DNA from: the human T2T-CHM13v2.0 reference genome, Homo sapiens
Strand: one strand, 5' to 3'
DNA length: 64,000 nt
NCBI RefSeq assembly: GCF_009914755.1
Contig: NC_060944.1
The notes under the pieces were generated by a model. The model saw only the letters and a list, made by a program, of their open reading frames with translations. It had not been told where the DNA came from and did no database searches. Below, piece by piece: positions 1 through 14,170 of the stretch. The translations under genes were made by a program, and so were the position numbers. Every line of letters begins with the position of its first letter. Position 1 is the stretch's first letter.

Positions 1-285
1 ATTTAATGACAAATACACCAAAAGCAATTATGACAAAGACAAAAATTGACAAAGAGGACCTAATTAAACTAAAGAGCTTCTGCACAGTTTAAAAGAAACT
101 ACCAAGAAAATAAACAGACAACATACAGAATGGGAGAAAACATTCACAAACTATGCATCTGACAAAGGTCTAATATCCAGTATCTATACGGAACTTAAAC
201 AAATTAACAAGCAAAAATCAAACAACCCCATTAAAAAGTGGGCAAAGCACATGAACACACAATTTTCAAAAAAAAGAAAAAAACA
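1..285 (+). mobile_element. LINE-1 fragment (older L1PA/L1PB-type, 3' part of ORF2)
   Basis: Diagnostic L1 ORF2 sequence (CTAATTAAACTAAAGAGCTTCTGCACAG, CATCTGACAAAGGTCTAATATCCAG, AACAACCCCATTAAAAAGTGGGCAAA). Confidence 0.85.
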
Positions 286-1599
<1,314 letters not shown>

Positions 1600-2163
1600 G
1601 AACAGAAGTACCACTCAACCCAGCAATCCCATTACTGAGAATATACCCAGAGGAATATAAATCATTCTACCATAAAGACACATGCATGTATGTGTTCATC
1701 ACAGCACTACACAATAGCAAAGTCAGGGAATCAACCTAAATGCTCATCAAGAGCAGACTGGATAAAGAATATGTGGCACATATACGTCATGGAATACTAC
1801 ACAGCCATAAAAATGAATGAGATCATGATCTTTGCAGAGGCATGGATGGAGCTGGAGGTCATAATCCTAAGTCAACTAACATAGGAACAGGAAATCAAGC
1901 ACGGCATGTTCTCACTTGTGAGATGGAGCTAAACACTGAGTACACATGAACACAAAGAAGAGAACAACAGACATCTGGATCTACTTGAGGGTGGAGGGTG
2001 AGAGGAGGGAGAAGATCAAAAACTACCTATCAGGTACTATGCTTATCACCTTGGTGATTAAATGATCCGTACACCAAACCCCCATGACCCGCAATTTACC
2101 TATATAAAAAACCTACCTGCACATGCACCTCTGAACCTAAAATAAAAGTGTTTTTTAAAAAAA
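1600..2163 (+). mobile_element. Older LINE-1 3' end (L1PB/old L1PA), probably the continuation of 1-285
   Basis: CCCAGCAATCCCATTACTG...GGAATACTACACAGCCATAAAAA...CTGCACATGCACCTCTGAACCTAAAATAAAAG 3' UTR. Confidence 0.85.
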
Positions 2164-2171
2164 TGAATCTG

Positions 2172-2278
2172 GTGCTCCCCTCCGCAGCACATATACTAAA
2201 ATTGGAACGTTACAGAGAAGATTAGCATGGCCCCTGCGCAAGGATGACATGCAAATTCGTGAAGCGTTCCATATTTTT
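2172..2278 (+). pseudogene. Full-length U6 snRNA retrocopy (5' part of a chimera)
   Basis: 107 nt matching U6 from GTGCTC to CCATATTTTT with about 5 substitutions against the recalled consensus; ACAGAGA box intact; upstream is an L1 tail rather than PSE/TATA. Confidence 0.97.
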
Positions 2279-2792
2279 GACACCACCTGCAGCCTCTGTA
2301 AACTTTAAAGGGCCTGCAGAGAATGCCATGCTTCTGGAAGATGATTGGTGGTCTTGTCTTCAGATGAAAAGTATTTGTGTTGTGATAAGGGTGTTGGGGT
2401 AAGGGACTCTGTGTGCTGTGCTTTTCTCTAGCCAAGTGGTACTATAATGAGTCTAGGAGGAGAAACATCAGCATTAACAGGAGACTTGCTATAAGAAGCT
2501 AATTCATGGACTCTTTTCAAACCTGCAAAATTTTATTACAGTGAGGCCTAGAATATCAAATAATTTATATGCACATTGAAGCTTGAGAGGCAGAGCTTAG
2601 CTAAGTGACTCTCAGCCCAGTCTTCCAATAGGATCACATGGACAATTTGAAGATAAATCATCACCTGTGCCCTCCCCACAAATCCTGTTTATTGTTCTGG
2701 GTGGAAACACTTCTGTTTTTTAAATTAAGCTCCTCGCATATTACAGTGAGGCCAAGGTCAAGCATGAGGACTTCCAGATACTTTAATGAGAG

Positions 2793-3011
<219 letters not shown>

Positions 3012-3660
3012 TGACAGTGAATGAAATAGAGGACACAGGCAAGGGGACTAAGGTCAAGGAGGAAGCCAGGCCTTAAAATGTAGTTTGGGAAGCTCTGCTC
3101 CAATGAAAATAATTTCTGAAAAGGCTGCATTTTTTTCTCATATACACCAATGGGGCATCTTCTGTCTCATGCTGTTAAATCTTCTAAGTATCCTCTTTTT
3201 TCTTTAGTGATCTCCCTTCAAGGTTACAGGGAAAACCAATGTCCGCTTTACCATTTGTAAGGGGCTGCATGATCTGACTGTGGTTCCATTGCTTTTGGAG
3301 ACACAGGAATATTTGTATATTGAGGAGCTCTATGTCGAAGTATTTTTTTTCAAATATTCGTTTTGGATGATGTCTAAAATGTGTAAGGTGAGTAGTGGAC
3401 ATATTGGAATTTGGTTCAGAAATCCCGGGAACACTAGGGACAGATGTTGTACCTCTTCTGCTTTGTGATTTTTACTCCTATAGAGGTTACAAATATAATT
3501 CTACAAAAATTCTTACTCGGCAATTTTATCAGAACAATAAACGTTTTTCTAAATATTAAAAAATGTACTGTTATTTCAAAATGTTATTGTTTTAGTATAA
3601 ACTGAGATTTGTGATTTAAACTCTGTAGGTGCAAATTCTCAAATTAAATATAGTATAAAG

Positions 3661-3848
3661 CACAGGTTTCCAATGTTTTGGCTTCCCTGGGCCACATTGG
3701 AAGAAGAATTGTCTTGAGCCACACATAAAATACACTAACACTAATAATAGCTGATAAGCTTAAAACGAAGTTTCATGAATAATTTTTGTGATATACGCCA
3801 CCATAGATAAGCAAAAAAGTCCTTGCATTCAAAGGGTTGGTCACCGGT
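3661..3848 (+). mobile_element. MER30/MER30B-like hAT-Charlie DNA transposon
   Basis: TTTTGGCTTCCCTGGGCCACATTGGAAGAAGAATTGTC...CACATAAAATACACTAACACTAA...GCATTCAAAGGGTTGG. Confidence 0.8.
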
Positions 3849-4163
3849 TTAAAGTATCTACTCACCTTCTAGATTTCTTAAGTGCAGTATGTCATTAACC
3901 AGCTTAGAACATTGCTAAGTGTATATTATGCTCTCAATCATTACCGTATTTCTTAATAACTATTATCTTATAATTTTGTCTTATTTAGTAGGAAGCCTAA
4001 CTGAGATTCTGTCATCGAGATATATCTATCTATATCTGTATAAAAATGGCTGTCACACACACACCTATATGTTATATATGTGTATAGTAAATTCTTAACA
4101 TTGTTGATAGATTCTTGGAAACTGTAAGTGAAGCAATATATAATTAAAGAAAACTAATTTTAG

Positions 4164-4550
4164 GGCTGGGCACGGTGGCTTACGCCTGTAATCCCAGCAC
4201 TTTGGGAGGCCAAGGTGGGCGGATCAGGAGGTCAGGAGTTCAAGACCAGCCTGGCCAACATGGCAAAGTCCTGTCTCTACTAAAAATACAAAAAATTAGC
4301 CGGGCATGGTGGTGGGCACCTGTAATCCAGCTACTCGGGAGGCTGATGCAGAAGAATCACTTGAACCCCGATACTGACATAGTAGTTAAAGTGTTTGCAG
4401 AAAAGAATGCAGGGAATAGTTTAATTACAACTTCAGCAGGGGGGTAGAGGTTGTAGTGAGCCGAGATCGCACCATTGCACTCCAGTCTGGGTGACGAGTG
4501 AAACTCTGCCTCAAAAAAAAAAAAAAAAAAAAAAAAAAAGAAAGAAAAAA
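4164..4550 (+). mobile_element. AluS with ~70-nt non-Alu insert in the right arm
   Basis: Both Alu arms and long poly(A); degenerate TSD AAAGAAAACTAATTTTA / AAAGTAAACTAGTTTTA; foreign segment 4371-4438. Confidence 0.92.
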
Positions 4551-6639
4551 GTAAACTAGTTTTACCAGCGTTTAATTGATACAAACAAGAGTTACGTTTA
4601 GTGTATAGCAATATTGTTTCATTTAAAGTTGCAGTTTTCAAGAACCTCTTTTGAACATTAGGTGAGGACTTACTGGACATCTGTGTTTGTGTGATATGAT
4701 TTTTCTGATAAATAAAAGTTGCATAACTATACAAAAAAAAGTAAATCTGGTTCATGTGTCCACTGAGTCTCCTGGCTCCAGGCCAGAGGTGAAGGACATT
4801 GTGGGAACTGTAGCCTTGGAACCCCACAACAGAAGCCCCACACTACACTGTAACACCCATCTCCTGCTCCTGTCTGTCTTCCATGTGAGGTTAAAACACA
4901 ACTGGGGGGCCTGTTAGTGGGGGCAACTAAAAGACACCCCACTAGAACCAGGGAATAAGACTTCCATTGAAGGGCTCAGGAGGAAGACATATCAGGACAA
5001 TGCAGGGCACTTGCGATGGAAATGAATAAAAACCATCACGTTTTTGCCAAAATGGTTATGTAGATGCAAAGTTACAGTTGGGCTGGTGACCCAGAACAAG
5101 CACAGCTGCAGGATGTCTCAGGAATCCTCTAAGCTTCCCATCACAGAAACCGTGAAATCTCTGAAGCCGTCCAGGGAGTGAAAAATAAGCTGGCACATAG
5201 GGTCACGAGCACCCAGCATCAAAGACAGGAATTGTGTTCAGAACAGCAGCAGACGCACTGCCCCCTTCTTCCCACAGATCCAAACATGAGAGAGGAGATG
5301 TAAAGAATTTTATCTGACATATCCCTTTCCTGTGATTATTCACAAATTTTGCCACATTTGCATGCTGTGTGCAGCACTCTTAAAGTATTTTCATCTTTGT
5401 TTATTCATTTCTTTAAACCTTTTTAAATGCACCACCAGCAGGTCTTCCAGTTCTAAAAAATAAAATAAAGTCAGTGAAGTAGATGCCAGTGGCAGGCAAG
5501 AGCAGAAAGGCCAGAGAGGCCAGCTTTTCTCTCATCATATTCGTGGTAGAAGAAGTTCCTGTCAATCAACATTGTGATAGCATCAGTCTTAAGCATTGCC
5601 TCAGACACCAGAGGCTCCACACAGAGATATCCAGGTGTTGCAGGACCTGTGCAGGCTGAAAAACCTTCAGAGCTCATAAGCAGAAAGTCGTCTACCCTTC
5701 TAGTTATTCTAGATGGGCCCCCATCTCAGGGGGAGCCCCAGCAGCAGAAAGCCTTATTAAAATTAAAATTAGCTAAGAAGGAAACAAAAGATAAACTTTT
5801 CCTCCTTCTTCCTCTTTAAAGCAGAATGAGTTATCCACTGGATTCGGAATGGTACAGCTCCCAAGGAACTGTGTGACAGGAAGGTCTGCCTGTGGCCGGC
5901 TGAGGGAGGAGGAAGAAAGCAATGAGAAAAGCTAGATCGAGACCACAGATGCTGCAGCTGAGGCTCATCCAGTCAAGTCTCAGACCTAGCAAGAGCAACT
6001 TCCCACAGTAACATTTTTAATCCCTGGCAGCACTTCACATTGAGCTAGTAACTCTTCCTTTAAGAGATTATATAGGTTTTGATAAAGATGTGAGGAATGT
6101 GAGCTGGAGGGCTTTGGACACCTGGAATAAAAGCTGCAGGCAAGATGGGAAACTCTACAACTTGTAATCTGAAAATAGTCCTAGTGATGTGTTCCTACAT
6201 GTACATGTGCATATATGGAGAGTGCCTTTTCTCCACTCTGTATCTTGCATAAACAAGAACTGATTGAGTTGGAGAGTACTTTTCAATTACAATCCATTCC
6301 ATTTAAGAATTCTGAGCTGTCGGGCCTTCTTTTCTTTTAATGGAGCAAAGATAAGTCATATCCTTTCACAGGAAGATGAAGAAAAAAGTGTGAAGATAAC
6401 ATCAAAGCATAATAAAATGTCCAAAGCACTGATACATCTACACATTCAATCTTGCAGACTTTGATTATTAGGAAAAATGATCAAGGTAACAGAGAAACGA
6501 AGAAACTTACTAAGTGTTTCTCATAGGTACAGATTCCTTCTTATCTAGCTGTATTACCAGACACAATGCAATTTGCTTTTATTTACTGATCTCTCTTTTA
6601 AGCATCACACGTTAAAACTGCAAGAGGTAAAGATGAAAT

Positions 6640-7850
6640 AACAGGTACTGGATTTATTTTTCTGCTTAAAACAACCCCCAAAAGGTAAAATTTGTTGAAC
6701 AATGATTTTCAAAATATTGGACATCAGGCAATGAAGGACAGTGACCCCTGAGAGATGAGGGAAAAAAAAGTCACCTCTACAATAACCTCAGCTACTACCT
6801 TGAGAGAGTTCCCATCCTTGGCAGAGTAATAAAGAACCAAGGTAGAGGCCAGCAGACTTCCTCAGTTTAAAGGATGGAGTTGAGGGCCTGGGAAGGACAA
6901 GGCAACAGAGTTCTCAGGACAGAGTACCAAAGAGGAGAGAGATCTGCAGAGGGTCTCACTCAAATATTCAGCAAAGTACCAATAAGCACATACATGAGAT
7001 TTCCTGAGGCCAGGGAAAGAAGCATTCCAAAAGGTGTAAAGGGAAAAGGACTCAAGGCCAGGAATAGTGCCTTTCCCCCAGCCAGACGTTCCAGTCTCAT
7101 AATTTATAACTACCTCATAATTTATGTGTTTTCTGTTCACAAAGAAATAAATTAGAAATCAATAAGAGAAAGATATTGAGAAAAATAAGTATTTGGAATC
7201 TAAATAATAAAGAAAATCAATGATAATAAAATTAGAAATCAATAAGAGAAAGATATTGATAAAATACTTAAATATTTGGAATCTAAACAATAAAGAAAAT
7301 CATTCTGTAGTGTGCTCAGGAGGATTTTGCATTGGTCATGGAGAAAAATTAACTGTTCTTGTCTTGCCTAACAAATTTTAAAAGTAAGATGCAAAAGAAT
7401 AAAAGTATTTCCAAGTAAATGAACTGCATCCTAGAAAAAACAGCTCAAGAAAATGTGTAGAAATAAAAAATACCTATCATAAAACCAGATAATGCCTGAC
7501 ATCCAATCAATGATAACAAGCCATGGATAAATCGTGGAAAATATAATCTATAACAAAGAGAGAAAAATCAATCAATTGAAAGTGACCCAGACCTGACCCA
7601 ATGCTAAAATTAGCATTTGAGAACAACAAAACAATTATTATAATGGTATTTCATATGTTCAGAGATGAAGTAAAGACATAGAAATTTTTTTTAACCCCAG
7701 TCCAATTTTCTGGGGACAAAAACTATAATATCTGAGATAAAAAATACACTGGATGGAATTAATGGCAGATTAGACCTTGCAGAAGAAAAGACTGATAAAC
7801 TTGAAAACATAGCAATAGAAGCTATCCAAAATAAAAGAAAGAAAAAATCA
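6640..7850 (+). mobile_element. Old L1M fragments (5' UTR / ORF1-like)
   Basis: AAAAATACACTGGATGGAATTAATGGCAGATTAGAC...GAAAACATAGCAATAGAAGCTATCCAAAA resembles L1 ORF1 coiled-coil DNA; boundaries approximate. Confidence 0.6.
7149..7302 (+). repeat. Tandem duplication, ~80-bp period, 2 copies
   Basis: AAATTAGAAATCAATAAGAGAAAGATATTGA...TATTTGGAATCTAAA.AATAAAGAAAATCA at 7149 and 7229. Confidence 0.9.
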
Positions 7851-7955
7851 ATTTTCTCATATTCTGTTGGGTAGAAGCAAGTCATAAGTTTCACCTGCAC
7901 TCATAGGATGGCATCATACAAGGGCATGACAATGGGGGTCTCCTTGGGTGGGTCA

Positions 7956-8331
<376 letters not shown>

Positions 8332-8439
8332 TCAAAGCCAAGAATATTATCAGAGATAAAAATGGTCAGGTCATAATGTCAAGAGGATCAATTAGTCAAA
8401 GAGATATGACAATCCTATACATTTATGCACTTGCTTTTC

Positions 8440-9070
8440 GTCATATTTATTGACATATAATTTAAATACAGTAAAATTCACCTGTTGGTATACAGTTTTA
8501 TGAGTTTTGACAAATGCATAACATCATATAACATAACTATCACCACAATGGAGATTTTTAAAAGTTCATGACCCCATAAATTCCCTTGTACCCCTCTGTA
8601 ATCAGCTCCTTTCCCCACACCAGTCCCTGGAACCAGTAATCTGGTTTCTGTTCTTACACTTTTGCTTTCTCCAGGGGTGCAATATAAACGAAATCACACA
8701 TTATGGAGCCTTTTTCGTCTAGCTCTTTTCACTTAGCATGATGATTTGAGATATAGCCAAGCTGTTTCATGCATCAGTAGTTCATTCCTTTTTATTTTTC
8801 ATTCATTCTTTCTTTCTTTCTGCCATATCCACTTAAGACCTCTCCTACTACAATAGCAAGTGAAAGCAGAAAATGTGAACATCCATGTTCTGATCTTCAT
8901 CTTGAAAGGAAAATTTCCAGGCCTTCACCAGACAGGCTGATGTCTGCTGTAGGTTTTTGGTATAGATACGTCTCTAACTGATTAAAGAAGTTTCCTCTAT
9001 TGCTACTTTGGAAAGTGTTTTTGTTTGTTTGTTTGTTTTTAATCATGAATACTTGATGTATAAAAGACTT
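8440..9070 (-). mobile_element. Old L1M fragments, antisense
   Basis: TACAGTTTTATGAGTTTTGACAAATGCATA, TTTTCACTTAGCATGATG, ATTAAAGAAGTTTCCTCTATT motifs; approximate limits. Confidence 0.65.
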
Positions 9071-11139
9071 TAAAATGAGTAAAAGGATTAGTGGGATCCT
9101 GACTTCCTTATTCATCTGGGTTAATCTCCACCTTTCCTCATCTTTGAGTTATTTCACAATTCTGAAGTTGTAGAAAACTGATAATAATGTGAATCGTTTT
9201 TACCCATGAAATACAAATTGAGTTCCAGGGAATGTAACTGATTATTGCCCTGGGAATGTAAGTGATATTGGCCAGTTTTGCATTTGGTTGTAAATTTATT
9301 TCAGTATTTTTCATTTAACTATAAATGTGTTTGAACTAGTTGTAGCATGTTACCAGATCCTCAATAATTAGTGAGTTAAATTTTTGACAGGTGCTCATTT
9401 TTATCTGTATAAGGATCATTTTATCCTTTTTTAAAATTATTCCTTAACAGGACATTTAAACAGTGCTTGGCCAGTAATAAATAATAAATATTAGCTCTTA
9501 CTACATTAATTGTATTAATATTTAAAATGACTCTTGAGTCACACTTTAAGTTCATCTGGGGAAGGTGTGCTCTGAGGATACACTCAAGTGTCCAGTCATC
9601 TCAAGTGTTCATCCAGTCATTACTGAGCACTTCCCAGGAATAAGACAGTGCTCACTGTTAGAAATACAAGAAAATAATCATTTCTCTCCCCATTTTCTCT
9701 TCCACTGTGTGGAATGCTGGTTCCTGAAAATATCTCCAAAACAATCTGTTGAAAAGATAAACCTCAGTTTATCCTTCTGCAGTAAGTGAAAGCACTACTT
9801 TGAGAGTCATACTAGCACTTCACAGAGGGGCAGGGCAAAATAGGGATACTTAGGAGATTTTGAAGTCTGGTTTAAGGTGTGTCTTTCAATGGGGTTGGTG
9901 GTTGTAGGCTTGGTTAGGAATGGGCAATAATCATGTCAAAATCACTTAGGATTCATGAATTTGTGATGATGTGTTCAAAGACTTGGGGTATAAACTGTAA
10001 GGTGGTGCTTTCTACTGAAGAGGTGATAGATCTTTCAGGAAGTTTCTGGAATGACCAATCAAGTTATTTGCAACTTCCTGGGCAAGAGTTGCCTAGAAGA
10101 GTGATGGCATATTGTTGAAGATAGTGGAATAGTGAAGCTGCATTGAGGTAGACATTAAGCTGTATGGGTAAGGACAGTTCGGGTCTCAGATGCCATCTTT
10201 CTTCTGTACTTCTCATCAAGCATCTACATTTATTGTCTTATTTTGATTGTTATATTTCTGGTGCAAGTGTCTAAATAATAATATAATGACATGAACAATA
10301 ACAACAACTACAGCAAATGTTGTGTGTATTTTAGGCTTACTTGAGTCACGTCCCATCCTAATCTTTCAGAAATAACCTCTGTAATTCCAAAAGCAGCCCT
10401 ATAGGATAGGACTCATTATCTCCACTTTATAGATGAGGAAATTGGGGTTCAAAGAGGGTAACTTGTGAGTCCTGCCCCCCAGGCCACTTACATCCTCAAG
10501 GCAATTGCCAATCCTGAAAACAGAGCTGATGATCCGAAATGCACTACTGACAACCTCATCAGGTTAGGAGAATGCATGCCAAGGTCCTGGGCCTGTCAAG
10601 GTAACCCCCCTGGTTTCGGTCTAAGATTCCAGGAGTCAGGGTGAAATGAAAGTAAACTAGCTCTGACATAGACTGCAGACTGCTATAACTCTTCTGGGTA
10701 ATCCAGGAAATTCCAGACCCTAAAGCTGGATTAAGATTATCCCTGATTACTAGTACCTATAGGTACCTAGAAAAATCCATGGAAAATCTTTGGAGAAAAA
10801 AATAAGTTCTATACTGTAAGTTATTTCTACAAATAATTTTTAAAATGCAATATCCAGCACATAGTCAAAGACAGATAAACAAATACACAAAAAGACAAGA
10901 CACTATAAGTAAAGATCAGCAGAAACAATAAACAGGAATAAGCAAAAATACATGAAAATTGAAGAAAGCGATCAATGTGTGGGTAATTCTAAGTAACAAT
11001 TGACTGTATAAGACAGTAATGATGATAATATTATTTGTAATAATATTATGTACATCATAAAGAATCAAGTGAGAGCAATGAAACTGTCCTTCAACTCTAG
11101 AGTTACATGTTGAATCATATGGTAGATACTACAGGACCA

Positions 11140-11345
11140 AGGGGCAGCCAGCCACGGTCCATGAGCCACGTCTGGCCTGTGGCCTGCTCTTTTTTATGTC
11201 AAGCAAGCTAAGAGTGTGTGTGTTTTTTTACATTTTTCAAGGCTTATTTTACAAAAAAGAAAGAAAAATATGTGATAGACTTTATATGTTCTGTAAAGAC
11301 ATATGCATTTACTTTCTGGTCCTTTACAGAGAAAGTGTGGCCCTT
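11140..11345. mobile_element. MER58-like hAT-Charlie element
   Basis: TCTGGCCTGTGGCCTG...GCTAAGAG...TTTTACATTTTT...TTTACTTTCTGGTCCTTTACAGAGAAAGT. Confidence 0.65.
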
Positions 11346-11349
11346 GCTA

Positions 11350-11770
11350 TGGAGAAATGACAATGAATGAACTGCAGTGACACACAACAACAACATGGAT
11401 GGACCTTCAACACATATCACTGAGCCAAAAAGAGCAAGATCAAAAGAAAAATCTCTAATATGATTCCACTGGCATAAGTTTTGAAAGCAGACAAAATTAT
11501 AGTTTGAGGATCCACTCTTTGGTGGTGAAACTATAAAAGAAAACAGGGAAATGGTTACCATAAATATCAGGAGAATGGCACATCTAGGTGAGAGAAGGGA
11601 ATGTAATTGGGGAAGGGGCAGGTGGAGAAGTGAGCTTTAGAGTAGTGGCAATGATCTATGTTTTAATCTGCATGGCTGTTACTTCAGTGCTTACAATAAT
11701 TTGTTAAAATGTATATTTATATTTTGTGCATTCTTTCTGTATCTGTATTCCATTTCAAAATAAGAGGGGT
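11350..11770 (+). mobile_element. Old L1ME/L1MC 3' end
   Basis: AATGAATGAACTGCAG...AACATGGATGGACCTTC...TATGATTCCACT...GACAAAATTATAG. Confidence 0.65.
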
Positions 11771-11805
11771 TTAAAAGGTAAACTTTATACAATTATTTTT
11801 TAAAG

Positions 11806-11963
11806 TGGAGGAAAAGAGGGAAGGAAGGAGGGAAGAAGGGAAGGAGGGAGGGCAGGAGGGAGGAGGGAGGGCAGGGGGAGGGAGGGTGGGAAGGAAAGAA
11901 GGAAGGAAGGGAGGGAGGTGGGGAGTAGGGGAGGAGGGGGGCAGGAGGGGAGGAGGGGGGAAG
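11806..11963 (+). repeat. Polypurine G/A low-complexity tract
   Basis: ~155 nt of GGAA/GGGA/GGAG repeats with very few pyrimidines. Confidence 0.92.
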
Positions 11964-12829
11964 TACTGTAAAATTTGGTCCACCAGGCAAGATCTATGTT
12001 CTTCATCTAAGTGAAAAGTAAAAGATGTTAAGCAATATTTTCAACGACCTCTTGATTTGATAGGTAATTTTACAAGAACTGACTGCCCATTTGTATGTTT
12101 TTAAAGCACTTGGCTTAAAGAAAAGGTCAACGTTCTTACTGTGAATAAAATATTTATGAAAGTAGCTGTGGCTTTTCTTTCTTTGTTTCCCCACCTGTGC
12201 CCAGACACCCCACCTTGCAATGTGTTAATGACCTACCTTGCCCATGCTGGTCTTAGTGCCTTTCAGGGGTATTTTCACCACATCCTCTCTCAAAGAATTG
12301 AGCCTTTTTTCCACGGTTGTCAAGGCTTTCATTCTTTTTCTATCTCCTCTTTTTCTCTGAAAATATTCCACTTACCTTTTCTTCCCTAACAGGTGGTAAG
12401 TATAGTGAATGACAATTTTTTAGAACATGTGTCACAAAAATTGTGGAGCTGCCATATTGCACAGCTCCAGCAGGAGCATTCACATCATGGCAACTTCCTC
12501 TAGTTGTGGAGTGCCCAGACCATATAAAACAGGCAGCAGCTTGGCCAGCACTGCTTGAAGGAGTTGGGATTCAGATTTCTACGGGTTTAGGGTAAAAGGG
12601 AATGGGTTAAGTCCATTGCATAGAGGATTCAAGTTAAACAACAAATTAACTTCTTGCTCTAAAAAGAAGGAGCAGGGCATTTGCAGTGCTGTTCATAATG
12701 CAAAGCTACATCTGATTCGTGTATCTCCTAAACTTCCATATAGATTGTTGGAGTTGATTTTCACACTTAAATCTAATAGCAGTAACCACAGTAACTTACG
12801 TTTACATAAACTGCATTAGATCTAGGTTT

Positions 12830-13015
12830 AGGTTGAGACTCTGACTCTTACTGATGTGTGAGCTTCAGCAAGTTGCTTAACCTCCTTGAGCCTCATATTC
12901 TTCATCCTGGAAAAAAAGTGATGATGATAATGATAAGGGTAAGTACCTATCATACAGAATGAAGTGAGAAATACACTTAATGCACAGTGCCTGGAACATT
13001 AGATAATGTTCTTAT
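12830..13015. mobile_element. MIR
   Basis: TGTGTGAGCTTCAGCAAGTTGCTTAACCTCCTTGAGCCTCATATTCTTCATC core. Confidence 0.7.
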
Positions 13016-13299
13016 TATTTGTTCTCTGACCATTCCTGCTTCCCTCCGAAAATATGTCCTGCAATCATCCAGTCCTCCAGTTCAGACCCCAGGAGTGACC
13101 CTCTGCACCTTCTAATCCCTCAGACTCCCCACACCCATCTCTGCCCTATCCACCAAGTCCCATCCAAGAACCTTAATTCCCACATATTTGTATTAGCTCT
13201 CCTCAGACTCTCCCAAACCTCTTGTGGGACACTTACCGCCTTTACTGTCCCCTCTATTTACTCATCCATTGATTCATTCCTTCCCCCACTGTTATATTG

Positions 13300-14170
13300 A
13301 GTGCAGAGTAGCTGGAGAAGACTTCTTGGAAAAGGTGACATCTGAGCACCTGGGTCAGCTGAAGGAACAAGCATGGAGATTTCCAGAGAAAAACTATTCT
13401 AGGAAGAGAAAATGATGTGCACAAAGGCCCTGAGACAGATGAGTTTGAGGACCAGAAAGGAAGCAGAGAATCCTTGTTGAGTACTAGGAGATGTGGTTCT
13501 ATGTAACAGGCCTTCTCTGGGTTCCATGAGGAGCCATTGACAGGTTTGAGCAGAAGTGTGACATTTTTGGAGCATCACACTCTGGAGGCAAGATTGAAAG
13601 CAAAAAGACAAGGTAAAAGAGCATTGCATGGGTCCAGGTAGTGAAGACTAGGATGGTAACAGGTGGTCATTCTAAGACACGATTCTGATCAGGTCACTCT
13701 CCCTACCTGGCCCATGCACACACCACACATACACACACTTAAAACCAGCCAGAATTTTCCCTCGCCTGTGGAATAAAGTCCAGACTCTGGACCCCTCTCC
13801 CAACTCGTGTCCTACATGCAGTCATGATTCTGTGCCTTCACACCTCTGTTCCCTCCCCCTGGAATGCTCTTCCCTCCCTTGTCTTTCCACTTATTCTTCA
13901 AAACTCTACTCTTATTTGAGCTCCCCTTAGAAGCCATCCTTGATCCCATTCTCTCTGCTCTTCCCAAAAGACTGAACTGCTTTCTCCTCTGAGCTGTCTT
14001 TGCCCTCTGTGCCATAAAACTATTATCACAATTATCACTGTGTCCTGTAATAAGCCACCTTCATTTCCAACCTTTCATCCTGTAGGTTGTGAGCATTCTT
14101 ACGTGAAGTATTCCCAGATTTTAAGTTTTTCTATCTTGGGCCCTTTGCACAATAACTGGCGTAGGGTATG
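13300..14170. mobile_element. L2 fragments in opposite orientations
   Basis: GAAAAGGTGACATCTGAGC...CAAAGGCCCTGAG...GAGCCATTGACAGGTTTGAGCAG, then ATAAAGTCCAGACTC...CCTGGAATGCTCTTCC. Confidence 0.65.

Noticed and set aside
2172-2278. Functional U6 gene (and functional U1 at 23801)
   Set aside because: No recognisable PSE/DSE/TATA or 3' box; retrotransposition hallmarks; U6 5' stem and U1 Sm site mutated.
5471-5677. Protein-like minus-strand ORF (…LIDRNFFYHEYDERKAG…)
   Set aside because: No family recognised and no poly(A)/TSD seen; a BLASTX would be needed before calling it a pseudogene.
9787-10189. Possible old LTR
   Set aside because: Composition suggests an LTR but I could not assign a family; needs a Dfam search.
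11771-12014. Pro-rich / Gly-rich ORFs
   Set aside because: Translations of the polypurine tract.
13300-14170. Opposed L2 fragments as a hairpin or miRNA source
   Set aside because: Too diverged to show complementarity by eye.
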